64,000 bases of DNA from Mobula hypostoma (lineage: Eukaryota), in the NCBI RefSeq assembly GCF_963921235.1, contig NC_086097.1, positions 24,554,001-24,618,000 of the forward strand, in the 5' to 3' direction. This document shows positions 26,388 through 39,353 of the stretch, one piece after another. A model generated the notes under the pieces. It was not told the origin of the DNA, did not search any database, and was given only the letters and a program-made list of their open reading frames with translations. Position 1 is the first letter of the stretch; every line of letters starts with the position of its first letter. The translations under genes were made by a program, and so were the position numbers.

Positions 26388-27271
26388 TTGCCCCCAGCAA
26401 TGGTGTACACTGGCCTGAGAAGTCCACTGATCAGTTGCCCACATATTAAATCATTAAGATCATAAGGTAGGGTTTGCAACCATCATGAAGGATCCTCATT
26501 ATTCAGGTCATGCCCTCTACTCATTACTGCAGAGGGGAAGAAGCTGTTCCTAAAAGATTGAATGTGCATCGTCAGGCTGCTATACCCCCTCCCTGATGGT
26601 AGTAATTACAAGAGGGTATAACCTTGATGGTGAAGTCCCTTAATAAGCAGGCTGCCTTCTTGAAGCACCCTTCTTGAAGATGCCCTCAGTGGTGGGGAGG
26701 ATTACGCCCGTGATGGAGCTGGCTGAGTTTTCAACCCTCTGCAGTCTCTTGTGAGGCTGGGATTGGTACCCCCGTACCAGGCTGTGATATAACCAGTCAG
26801 AATGCTCTCCATGGTACATCTGCAGAAATTGTCTGGAGTGTTTGGTCACAAAGTAAAGCCCCAGTGGCAGCTCTGCCCTTATCTGTTAGTAAGGCAATGC
26901 GACAAGTCAACTGATCCTCAGCTCAAAGCTTGGCCCTCAATATGCCTGAAGACCAAATGGTTCCAATGGTACAAAAACCTCACCTAGTGCTCAGGAAAGG
27001 AAGAATATTGGGTGTAAAATAGTTTTTTTTATTATCACATGTACCAAGATACAATGAAAAGTTTGGTTTGCAGACTGTTCATACAGATCATGTTATTGTG
27101 GCATGCATTGAGGTAGTACAAGGTAAAGCATATCAGAATAAAATGTAACAGCCACGGGGGAAGTGCAGTGCAGGTAGGCAATAAGGTGCAAGAACCTATC
27201 AAGGTAGATTATGAGGTCAAGAGTCCTATCAGATTGTGCCAGGAAACCATTCACTAAATGTTGTGCACAAT

Positions 27272-27320
27272 CGCCACCCAGTGGCGTTTGCTGGAACTAC
27301 AGGCAAGTGCCCCCTGCTGG
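27272..27320 (-). promoter_or_regulatory. Two tandem CTCF-like motifs
   Basis: Minus strand reads CCAGCAGGGGGCAC (27307-27320) and CCACTGGGTGGCG (27272-27284), the latter preceded by a CTGTAGTT upstream-type motif. Unique, non-TE context. Confidence 0.65.
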
Positions 27321-27719
27321 AAAGGTGTGAAGTTCCCAAACGTCATGGATTGGAATTAGGCCATAAGATATCGATCGTGTAGAAATTGAATCTACCTTTA
27401 CTGCCCTTACCTATAGAGAATACACAGTCACTTAGCTTAAAGGAAGCCAGAGCTGCAGAGTGGAAGGGGAGGTTGCACAAGCTAGATTTGTATTCCTTGG
27501 AATCATCCAGACAAGTGATAATTTGATGTAAATTTCTCAAGTGCTGGGTCAGCAAATTTGTGGATAACACCAAGATCGGGGGTGGAGTGAACAGTGAGGA
27601 AGACCATTAAAATTTCAGTGGCAAACTAGAGAAAACCTGTAGATGCTGGAAATCCAACAACACACACAAAATGCTGGAGGAACTCAGCAGGCCAGGCAGC
27701 ATCAATGGAAAGTGTAAGC

Positions 27720-27755
27720 AGTCAACATTTCGGGCCAAGACCCTTCTTCAGGACT
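27720..27755 (-). ncRNA. Minimal type I hammerhead ribozyme motif in a Penelope-derived repeat
   Basis: Minus strand: AGUC-CUGAAGA-AGGG ucuugg CCC-GAAA-UGUU-GACU. Intact CUGANGA and GAAA boxes, stem II GGG/CCC, stem I AGUC/GACU, vestigial stem III. Confidence 0.7.
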
Positions 27756-28866
27756 CCAAATGTGCAGTGGGATCTGGACCAGCTGGAAAAGTGGGTTGAA
27801 AGATCGCAATGGAATTTAATGCAGACAAGTGTGTGGTGTTGGACTTTGGGAGGACAAACTATGTTAGGACTTACACGGTTAATGGTAGGGCACAGAGCAG
27901 TGTGGTAGAACAGAGGGATCTGGGAATACAGATCCATAATTCATTGAAAGTGGTGTCATGTGCAGATAGGGTTGTAATGAAAGCTTTTGGCACACGTCTT
28001 CATAAATTAGGGTTGGGAATACATGAGTTGAGATGTTATGTTGAAGTTGTATCACATGTGTGTTTGCGTGCACATGTCCATGTGTCCATGTATTTGAACA
28101 ATTGCTGTGTCAGTGACCCAGATTCAGACCTGACCTCTGGCACTGTCTGGAGTTTACAAATGTACCTGTCACAACAGGGGCTTCCACCCACGTCCCAAAA
28201 TTGTACAGGTTAAAGTTACTTGGCCATTGTAAATTGTCCCTAGTGTGTCGATGAGTGGGATAAACTGGGAGGAATTTGTGGGAATGTGGGAAGAATAGAA
28301 TGGGAATAGTTAGGGCTAAAACTAAAATAGCTAACATCAAATGGCTAATACAAGGGGGCATAATTGTAAGGTGATTGGTGGAACGTATGGGAGGGATGTT
28401 AGGGGTAACTTCTTCACATAGAGAGTGGTGGACGTATGGGATCTCTGACAGAGGTAGAGCATTAGGGTGAGTTAAGAAACTCTTATATGGTGATACAAAA
28501 GTTAAATGTCAGAGGCTTAGATTTACCTTAATACATTAAAAAGACAAGCACAACATTATGGGCCGAAGGGCCTTTACTCTACTGTGATGTTCTATGAAAA
28601 TGGTCAGAATGAAGTCAGTGGGTCAAAGGATCTGTTTCTGCACTGTGTCTGTATGTATCTAACATTAGGTTATTTGTCACATGTACATCAAAACAGTGAA
28701 ATTTGTCACTTGCGTCAACAACCAAGACCGTCCGGGGAGGTGCCTGGGCAGCCCGCATGAGTCACCATAGCTTTCCACATGGATATCTGTGTCATACCTT
28801 TGCATCTGCCTGTCCTTGCAAGTGTGTCTATATGTACCTTTGTGTGAAAATGAATCTGGGGTACGG

Positions 28867-28908
<42 letters not shown>

Positions 28909-29986
28909 GAGGGGGGATGGAAGAGAGTGAAAGAGAGAGTGATGAATAGACAGACGGAGAAAGAGAAGAGAGAGAGAGAGAGAGATAGGTGGTTGGGGGA
29001 GGGAGGCAGACTATCCTTACATCCAAAGGCATGATACAGATAACCTTGTACCTTGCAAGCTAAACACAATTACTGCTATCACTAAACAAAATCACATTCT
29101 CTTCAGTCATTTCCCTGCCGATCCACAGAGCTTTCAGAGTCTGCTGTAGGTTTAATACACAGATAAAAGGCAACATGGAGCGATAAAGCCTGCTTTTTCT
29201 GCCTACAGGTGTTGTCTTGTGATATTAAACCAAATAACTCATGAATCAATGTAGACTGACAAGACATATTGGAAGATTCCCCACTCACACTTCCATCAAG
29301 CCAACCAGGACATGCTTCACCCTGAAAGCACACTCTTCTGAAGCTTCTGTCTTCTGCCCGAATGTCTTTTGAAAGTCGACCTGCAAGGACTAACTCTCCT
29401 CCCGGGGAAAGTTTCCTTCTTGTACAATTTTTCCCTTCGCTTTAGAAGGTGATGGAATAGTCTTTAACAACTAGGGCCAAGAATTAAATAGAAAGGCTTC
29501 CCTCCATCAGCTTTCAACAACCTCAGTTCACGTGTAGCCAGCGTGTGTGAAGCACTTTCTGGGGTGGAAGCTTGACAATCAATTTCTACACAGCAAGGTT
29601 TCACGGGTGAAGAATGAATCTGCTTTTACAGAGTCATAGTGTCAAACAGCATGGAATCAAAGTCAGAATCATGCTTATTATCACTGACAGAGACTCAGTG
29701 GCCACTGTATTAGGTACACCTCGTTAATGCAAATGCCTAATCAGCCAATCACGTGGCAACAACTTGACGCATAAAAGCATGCAGACATGGTCAAGAGGTT
29801 CTGTTGTTGTTCAGACCGAACATCAGAATGGGGAAGAAATGTGATCCAAGTGACTCTGACTGTGAACTGATTGTTCGTGCCAGATGAGGTGGTTTGAGTA
29901 TCTCAGAAACTGCCGATCCCCTCAGATTTTCAAACACGACGTTCTCTAGAGTTTAAAATAATGGTGTGAGAAACAAAAATACATCC

Positions 29987-31417
29987 TATTTTCTCAAGGA
30001 AGTTACCAGGAATGTTGATGAAGGCAAGGCAATGGATAATGTTACAGAGAGGTTAGCAAGGCCTTTGATAAGGTCCTGTATGGGGGGGTTGGTCAAGAAG
30101 GTTCAATCGCTTGGCATTCAAAATGTGGTAGAAAGTTGGATTAGACAGTGGCTTCGTGGAAAAATCCAGGGAGTGGTTGTTGATGATTGCTTCTCTGACA
30201 GGAGGCCTGTGCCTCGTGGTATGCTACAGGGATTTGTGCTGGGTCTGTTGTTGTTTATCATCCATGTCAATGATCTGGATGATAATGTGGTAAACTGATT
30301 CAGCAAATTTGTGGATGACTCCAAGATTGAGGGTGTAGTGGGTGGTGAGAAAGACCATCAAAGCTTCCAGCAGGATCTGTACCAGCTGGAAAAATGGGAA
30401 AGGGAAGATGCAATTTAATGCAGACAAGTGTGATTTGGGAGATCTTACACGGTGATCAGTACGGTAATGAGGAGTACCGAAGAGCAGAGGGATCTGGGAA
30501 TACAGGTTCATAATTCCTTGAAAGTAGCATCACAGGTAGATCGGGTCATAGAACATTTGGCACATTGGCCTTGATAAATCAATGTTTTGAGTACAAGAGT
30601 TGGGATGTTATGTTGAAATTGTGTAAGACATTGGTGAGACTGAATTTGGAGTAGTTTGGCCAGTTTTGTTCACCTACCACTAGGAAAGATGTAAATAAGA
30701 TTGAAAGAGTGCAGAGAAAATTCACAAGAATGTTGCTGGGACCTCAGGAGCAGACTTATTGGAAAGGTTGAATAGGTTAGGACTTTATTGCCTAGAACAT
30801 AGAACACCGAGGGGTGATTTGATAGTGGTGTACAAATTTGATAGTGGTGGAACATGTAGAGCAGGACAAGGCACAGAAGATGTCCTGGTCCTAGTCCCTA
30901 GTTCCAGCCAACACGACTCTGTCTTGCCACTGGATCCAGATGGGAATTGGGAAGAGAGAGTGAGGCTGACGCTGCGCAACTCTCCCTCACTTAAATCCAA
31001 ATCACGTGCTAGTGTCGACACCATCAAAATGGTGTCGAGGTCCTCATTGATGTCAACGATGGACGAACACACATGAATTTATGAGGGGTATAGACAGGAT
31101 AAATGCAAACAGGCTTCTTCCACTGAGACTGGGTTAGACTACAGTTAGAGGTCATGGGTTAAGGGTGAAAGGTGAAATGTCTAAGGCGAGCATGAGGCGG
31201 AACCTCTTCACTCAGAGGATGGTGAGAGTGCAACAAGCTGTCAGCGCAAGTGGTGGATGCGGGGTCGAAGAAAAATTTGCATAGGTACATGGATAGGAAG
31301 GGTAGGGAAGGCTATGGTCCACGTGCAGGTCAATGGGACTAGGAAGATGGATGGTTTGGCACAGACTTGATAGGCTGAAGGGCCTGTTTCTGTGCTGTAA
31401 TTCTCTATGACTCTATG
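29987..31417 (+). mobile_element. Decayed 5'-truncated CR1 LINE inside the Tc1 element
   Basis: RT remnants (ORF 29966-30298), (ctctatga)2 3' tail, 6-bp TSD ACATCC at 29981-29986 and 31418-31423. Confidence 0.9.
30840..31075 (+). mobile_element. RTE-clade LINE 3' end fragment inserted in the CR1
   Basis: Interrupts the CR1 tacaaattt/atgagggg sequence, with AATTT on both sides. Contains gtcttgccactgga...gtgaggctga...ctcacttaaatccaa, which resembles RTE-1-type 3' UTRs, and a 10-bp stem-loop at 31015-31038. Confidence 0.55.
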
Positions 31418-33521
31418 ACATCCAGTGAGCAGTAGTTCTGGGGCAAAAATGCCTTGTTAATGAGAGAGGTCAGACAAAACTGGCCAGACAGGTTCAAGCT
31501 GACAGAATGATGCGGGTAACTCAAATAATCACACATTTCAAAAGCGGTGTGTAGAAGAGCATCTCTGAACACACAACACATCGACCCTTAAAGTGAAGGG
31601 GCTCCAGCAGCAGAAAGCAAATCCTCAGTGGTCACTGTTTTCCAAGTCCAGGGCGTACCTAATAAAATGGCCACTGAATATATATTGTGAAATTAGCTTT
31701 TTTGTGGTAGCAGTACAATGCAAGGCATGAAAATTACTGTGAGTTTCAATAACAAATAAATGAATAAATGAATAAATAACTAGTGCAGCGGTGGAATAGT
31801 GAGGTAGTGTTCAGTGGTTAATGGACCGTTCAGAAATCCGATGGTACAGGGGGAAGAAGCTGTTCCTAAGATGCTGAGCGAGGGTCTTCAGCATCCTCTC
31901 CCTCCTCCCCGAAGGCAGTCATGGGAAGAGGTCATGCGCCAAGTGGTGAGGGTCCTTAATGACGGATGTCGACCTCTTGAGCGTCGTCCGTTGATGATGC
32001 GGAGGCTTGTACCTGTGGTGGAGCTGGGACCATAACCCTCCCTTCCCTTTAGCCAAACTTGCCCATGCCGACCAAGATGTCTGTCTGAGTTAGTCCGGTT
32101 GGCCACTGGTTCCCCTGTTCCCAGAATCAGAATCGGATCAGATTAATTATCTTGATATCTGTTGAAAAATCGGTTGTTTTACTGCAGCAGTACAGTGCAA
32201 GACAGAAATGTTGCAAATATCAATAACAAGTGGCAATTTTTTGTCATTGCTGCCTTCTGGGGAGTGTCTTTACAAAATGAGTGACCCCAGCCTTTATCAA
32301 CACTCTTCAGGGATTGTCTGCCTGGTGTCAGTGCCCGCGTAACCAGGACTTGTGATAGAAACATAGAAAATAGGTGCAGGAGTAGGCCATTTGGCCCTTC
32401 GAGCCTGCACCGCCATTTATTATGATCATGGCTGATCATCCAACTCAGAACCCTGCCCCAGCCTTCCCTCCATACCCCCTGATCCCCGTAGCCACAAGGG
32501 CCATATCTAACTCCCTCTTAAATATAGCCAATGAACTGGCCTCAACTGTTTCCTGTGGCAGAGAATTCCACAGATTCACCACTCTCTGTGTGAAGAAGTT
32601 TCTCCTGATCTCCATCCACCACCTGCTCCCATGGCTTCACACGACCCTCTTGGAGGGGACGGGCAAAGCGGGTGCTACGCCTTGCACAAGGGTGACCTGC
32701 AGGCTAGCAGGGCAGGCTAGAAGGGTCTTGCACCTCCTTTGGTAGAGACACACCTGTACCTTCACTGCTCCACTCCCCTGGGAAAAGGTCTGTGGCCTTC
32801 TACCATATCAATGTCCCCGATGGTTTTATAAACCTCTATGTGGCAGTGCCACAGCAGCATAGCGATTAGCATGACGCTGTTACAGCTTGTGGCATTTGGG
32901 GTTCCGAGTTCAATTCCGGCGCTGTTCTGTTAGGAATCTCTGTACATCCTCCCCATTGAATGAGCGGGTTTTCTCTGCGTCCTCCAGTTTCCTCAGTCAT
33001 TGTAAATTGCCCCATGATAGTTCGGATTAATCGGGTTTATCACGGGTTGCTGGAGCAACATGGCGTGAAGGGCCAGACGGGCCTACTACACACTGTATTC
33101 TTAAATTCATGTCCACCCTCAGCCTCCGACAAATCCAGTTCTTATCACTCGAGCTTCTCCATATAATTCAAGCCCTCCAAACCCAGGAGCATCCTGGTGA
33201 ATCTGTTCTCTGCCCTTTCCAGTTTAATTACCTCTTTCCTCAAGCTGGGAAACCAGAACTACACACAGCGCAAGTGTGATCCCCAGCACAACCTCAGTAT
33301 AGTAACACTATGTCCACTTTGACCAATGAGCTCTGTTTAATTTTATTTTGTTTCTTCCTTGTATAATTTAAGATTTTTCTTGCGGATATTGTGCCTGTAG
33401 TGCTCTGTGCCATTGAAAGGAAGTTTTTAATTGCACTTGTGCATATGACAATAAACTCAAATTATCATCAGAATAACTTACTGGAGGGTGTATTGGAGAC
33501 AGGTCAGTAGAGGATCTCTAT

Positions 33522-34803
33522 AACCATATAACCATATAACAATTACAGCACGGAAACAGGCCATCTCGGCCCTTCTAGTCCGTGCTGAACTCTTACTCTC
33601 ACCTAGTCCCACCGACCTGCACTCAGCCCATAACCCTCCATGCCTTTCCTGTCCATATAGCTGTCCAATTTAACTTTAAACAACAACATCGAACCTGCCT
33701 CAACCACTTCTGCTGGAAGCTCGTTCCACACAGCCACCACTCTCTGAGTAAAGAAGTTCCCCCTCATGTTACCCCTAAACTTTTGCCCTTTAACTCTCAA
33801 CTCTTGTCTTCTTGTTTGAATCTCACCCACTCTCAATGGAAAAAGCCTATCCACGTCAACTCTATCTATCCCCCTCATAATTTTAAATACCTCTATCAAG
33901 TCCCCCCTCAACCTTCTACGTTCCAAAGAATAAGACCCAACTTGTTCAACCTTTCTCTGTAACTTAGGTGATGAAATCCAGGTAACATTCTAGTAAATCT
34001 TCTCTGTACTCTCTCTATTTTGTTGACACCTTTCCTATAATTCGGTGACCAAAACTGTACACAATACTCCAAATTTGGCTTCACCAATGCCTTGTACAAT
34101 TTCAACATGACATACCAACTGCTATACTCAATGCTCTGATTTGTAAAGGCCAGCATACCAAAAGATTTCTTCACCACCCTATCCACATGAGATTTCACCT
34201 TCAGGGAACCAAGCACCATTATTCCTAGATCCCTCTGTTCTACAGCATTCTTCAATGCCCTACCATTTACCATGTATGTCCTATTTTGATTAGTCCTACC
34301 AAAATGTAGCACCTCAAATTTATCAGCATTAAACTCCATCTGCCATCTTTCAGCCCACTCTTCTAACTGGCCTAAATCTCTCTGCAAGCTTTGAAAACCT
34401 ACTTCATTATCCACAACTCCACCTATCTTAGTATCATCTGCATACTTACTAATCCAATTTACCACCCCATCATCCAGATCATTATTGTATATGACAAATA
34501 ACATTAGACCCAGTACAGATCCCTGAGGCACACCACTAGTCACCGGCCTCCAATGTAACAAACAGTTTATCCACCACCACTCTCTGGCATCTCCCATCCA
34601 ACCACCGCTGAATCCATTTTACTACTTCAATATTAATACCTAACGATTGAACCTTCCTAACCAACCTTCCGTGTGGGACCTTGTCAAAGGCCTTACTGAA
34701 GTCCATATAGACGACATCCACCGCTTTACCCTCGTCAACTTTCCTAGTAACCTCTTCAAAAAATTCAGTAAGATTTGTTAAACATGATCTTCCACGCACA
34801 AAT
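33522..34803 (-). mobile_element. CR1 LINE 3' part (RT and C-terminus, two frameshifts)
   Basis: ORFs 34536-34799, 33908-34597 and 33603-33926 give consecutive RT segments (YMDFSKAFDKVPH, GVPQGSVLG, KYADDTKI). (taaccata)n tail at ~33522. Confidence 0.95.
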
Positions 34804-34959
34804 CTCTAGACTGATTGAAGTTTTGAAGATTAGCTTTATTTGTCACATATAGATTGAAGTATCAAAACATATAGTGAAATGCATTGTTTGCATCAAGTCA
34901 AATCAGTGAGGATTGTGCTGGGCAGCCTACAAGTGTCATCGCGTTTCTGACACCTGACC

Positions 34960-35995
34960 AGATTCATTTCCAATACCAGATCAATTGATTACAGCCTCTC
35001 CTTTAGTTGACTTATCTACATATTGCGTCAGGAAATTTTCCTGAACACACCTAACAAACTCAACCCCATCCAAACCACTTGCGCTGAGGAGATGCCAGTC
35101 AATTTTAGGAAAATTAAAATCATCCATCACCACAACCCTATTATTATTGCACCATTCCAGAATCTGCCTCCCTATCTGCTCTTTGATCTCTCTATTACTA
35201 TTGCAGGGGGGTCTATAAAAACACCCAGTACAGTTATTACCCCCATCCTGTTTCTGACTACCACCCACACTGACTCAGTAGATAATACCTCCATAACTTC
35301 TTCCTTTTCTGCAGCCGTGACACCACCTTGATTAGCAATGCCACACCCCCACCTCTTCTGCCACCTCCCTGTGCTTTTTGAAACATCTAATTTCTGACAG
35401 ACTCAGCAGCCATTCCTGTCCCTAAGACATCCGAGTCTCTGTAATGGCCACAACATCATAGTTCCATGTATTGATCCACGCTCCAACTTCATTCGCTTCC
35501 TTGCATTAAAATACACATCTCAAATCATCTAGCTGAGTACATCTTTGCTCTATCATTTACCTATCCCTCCTCACAAACTCCCTGCAAGCTGTCTCGACTT
35601 GTATGCCAACTGCCCCATCCTCTGACTCTTCATTTTGGTTCCCACCCCCATTGCAAATCTAGTTTAAACCCTCCCCAACAGCATTAGTGAACCTCCCTTC
35701 CAGGATATTGGTTCCCCTCCAGTTCAAGTGCAACCTGTACAGGTCACCCCTTTCCCAGAAAATGTTCCAATGATCCCAGGACTTGAAACCCTGCCCCCTT
35801 CACCATCTGTCAGCCACTCATTAATCTGTGCTATCTTCCTGTTCCAACCTTCCCTACCTCATGGCACCGGGGGTAATCCGGAGATTACCACCTTGGAGGT
35901 CCTGCTATTCATCCTCCTTCTTATCTCCCTAAACTTACTACACAGGGCCTCTACCCCTATCCTGCCTCTGTCATTGGTACCAATATGTACCACGG
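34960..35995 (-). mobile_element. CR1 LINE internal fragment: ORF1 esterase end plus ORF2 AP-endonuclease
   Basis: VVHIGTND SGNH/esterase-like motif near 35990. FYRPP and VVVMDDFNFPKIDW...FLTQYV APE motifs in ORF 34981-35268. Confidence 0.85.
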
Positions 35996-37859
35996 CTAAG
36001 CTCAACCTAACCAATCTATCGTCACTGCTGTAAGAGATGGTCTGGGCAAGGAACTAACTAAGCCAAGCATACAGCTGCACTTGTGTCCCTACTGATTACA
36101 GCTGCAGTTTAATGTTATTTGCAGATTGCTGTAAAATATTTTCTTTAAAGTTCATTCCTGGCAAATAGGCAGCATGTAATGAAAGGCAACTGAGGTACCA
36201 GGGGATCAAGTGACGTCTAAAGCCATGAAGGGAAGAGGCAAACATTTATCACTGTCATTTGAACCAGTACGCGGGCTGTGTCCTTGAAGGCCAATCTATA
36301 TATACAGCACAGGTGCAGTTTCTGGTTTTATTCCCTGCAATGATGTTTAGTGGGTTAGAAGTTGGAGATAGTCATCGAGTCCTAGAGCCACACAGCAGAG
36401 AAACAGGACCTTAAACTCACCATTCTGACCCTCAAGTACTTATCTATACAAGTATCATAAATCATCATCAGATTTATGAATGGACAATGAACCCATGAAC
36501 ACTGCCTCAACACTCTGTTATTTTTATGCTCTCTTTTTGCACTACATATTAAATATTTAATTTAATTTATTTTGTATATAATGGCCAGCACTTGGTCCAT
36601 ACACATCTGTTCCTTGCATTTATTAAGTCGCATTGAGTTCCAGATATGGGAAGTTATGTTAAACACAAAAGATTCTGCAGATGCTGGAAATCCAGAGCAA
36701 CACACACAAAATGGAGGAGGAACTCCGCAGGTCGGGCAGCATCTATGGAAATGAATAAACAACACTTCAAGCCAAGACCCTTCCTCAGGACTGGAAAGGA
36801 AGGGGGAAGACACCAGAGTAAAAACTTGAGGGGAGGGGAAGGAGGGCTAGATAGAAGGTGATAGGTGAAGCCGGGTGGGGGGAAAAGGTAAAGGGCTGGT
36901 GAACAAGGAGTCTGATAGAAGAAGTGAGTGGACCATGGAAGAAAGGGAAGGAGGAAGGGTCCGGGGGAGGTGATAGGCAGGTGAGGAGAAGCGGTAAGAG
37001 ACCAGCGTGAGGAATAGAAGAGCTGGTTATGTTGCAGCTTTATAAAGCTGTACTTGAGCTGCCTCTGGAGTATTACATTGAATTGTGGACACCCCATCAT
37101 AGGAAGAATGGGGAATCTTTGGGAGAGTGCAGTTAAAGTTTACCTGGATTCAAGGGTGTGTTGGACAAACTTGGGTCGTTTTCTTTGAAGCAACAGAGGA
37201 TGCTGCCTGACCTGCTGAGTCCCTCCAGCATTGTGTGTGTGATGCTCCAGATCTCTATCATCTACAAAATCTCTCGTGTCTCCAGAGAAACACAGGTTAG
37301 TTTTAAGCTGAGGAGAAGATGGGAGATGGATAGATTTGACAATGGTGAGGCCAAGTTGCCATGGGGATAATTTGCAGAGATCACCTGGTTGATGAGTTAA
37401 TGGGATCAAATTGAGAATGAGAAGGCAGACAAAAGGAGTCTGAAAGTTGTGAAGTGCACGGTAAGTACAGGCTGTGCTAATGGAGGGAGACCTGCTGGGC
37501 CATTTCGAACATGCAGCATCTCCACCGTTTTGATTTTCAGTTTTTTACAGTGTGTGTGACTGAGAGACCGTGTGCAGTCACATGCAGTTTGTGTATATGT
37601 GTGTGTATATTCCCTTATGTTTATGATTAAAGATTAACAATTAACTTTGTCACATGTACATCGAAACATCTAAACAGACAGTGAAATGGGTCGTTTTGCA
37701 TCATCTGAGGATTGTACTGGGGACAGCACACAAGTTTTGTTATCCTTCTGCCACAGTCATAGCATGCCCATAACTTACTAGCCCTAACCAGTGCACTTTG
37801 AAATGTGAAAGGATCCCACAAAGCACGGGACTACCTGTGTGTGGTCTTGTGTCTGTGTG

Positions 37860-37901
<42 letters not shown>

Positions 37902-38932
37902 TGACACCCCTGACTACTCCTCCCGGTCTCTCAGTCAGCAGACTGTTGGTGTCTGAGCTGGCTGTGCTCCCCCTGCCGACGCAGAGCACGTGGGACGTCC
38001 CACTCCGGAGATTTGAGTTTAATATCTCAGCTGATATTCCGCAACTCCACTTTTGAATGCCAACTTTTATGCCAAATTGAATAGCACTTACCACCCTGTG
38101 TAAAACAAAACCTCTGATATCCCCCCAATACTTTCCTCTAATACCTTAAAATAATGCCTTTGCTTTTTATTTTTATATATTTAACAATACAGCACGGAGT
38201 TGCCCCTTCCAGCTCTTCAAGCCAATGCGCCCCAGCAACCCCACAACCCCGATTAGCCCTAACCGAATCATGAGACAATTTGTAATGACCAATTAACCTC
38301 CCCGATATGTCTTCGGACTGTGGGAGGAAACCAGAGCACCTGGGAAAAACCCATGCGTTCAATGCGGACGACCTACAGAGGCTCCTCACAGAACAGTGCC
38401 GGAATTGAACTCTGAACTCCAGAACACGCTGAGCTGTCATAGGAGAGCGTTAGCTGCGGCGCTACCGTGGTGTCCAATTGCCTTGTGTTAGACATTTCCG
38501 GCCGAGGAAGAAGTCTCTGGTTGTTCACTGAATCTCAGCCTTTTATCATCTTGTACACCTCTATCAGGTCACTGCAAGCGTCAGAAACCTGAAACTGGTA
38601 TTGGTACTGGTTTATTATTGTCACATGTTCCCAGATACAGTGAGAAGCTTGGATTGCATACTGTTTATACAGATCAAATCATTACACAGTGCATTCAGCT
38701 ACACCAAGTTAACACAATAACAATGCGGAATAAAGCGTAACAGCCACCAAAAAGTGGAGTGCAAGTATACAAAGATCATAATGAGGTGGATTAAGGAGGG
38801 CAAGTGTGAGGCAGGGAGTGGAAGATGATTATCATTTTGTGCCGTGTCATATGACATGGGTGATCATGGTCTATGACCATGATTGTTCTTGGCAAATTCT
38901 GCAGAAGTGGTTTCCCATTGCCTTCTTTACAA

Positions 38933-39353
38933 CAGTGGTCCCCGACCTCCCGGCCGTGGACCGATACCTGGTCGTGAAGCATGCAGGGGTGCAGTGGTAG
39001 CTGGGATGCACCCAACACATCTTTAAGAAAAAAGCCAAAATAAACAAGCTAATTAATTAGATGAGGAGTGATGTGTGTTTCCTCAGCTTCCCCTTCCTGA
39101 AATATATAATCACTTCCTTGGTCTTACTGATTGGCTGCCCGGCACGTAAATGTTGGTCCAGATCAGAGGCGTTTGCTCATTGCGTCACCTCTGATCTGGG
39201 CCAACATTTACATGCCGGGTGGCACCTAATTAATTAGCTTGTTTATTTTTGCTTTTTTCTTAAAAATGTTCTGTGTGCATCCCAGCTATCACTGCACCAC
39301 AGCATGCTTTGCGGATCGGTATCGTTCCGCGGCCCGAAGGTTGGGGACCACTG
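38933..39353. mobile_element. Foldback hAT-type MITE
   Basis: Termini cagtggtcccc / ggggaccactg. Nearly the whole element is one imperfect inverted repeat. 8-bp TSD ctttacaa/ctttacag (38925-38932, 39354-39361). Inserted in a SINE. Confidence 0.92.

Larger units (their letters stand above)
29692..31680 (+). mobile_element. Internally deleted Tc1/mariner element, split by a CR1 insertion
   Basis: TIRs ctcagtggccactgtattaggtac / gtacctaataaaatggccactgaa. N-terminal transposase remnant from ATG 29828 (MGKKCDPSDSDCELIVRAR*GGLSISETA). No catalytic domain. Confidence 0.85.
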
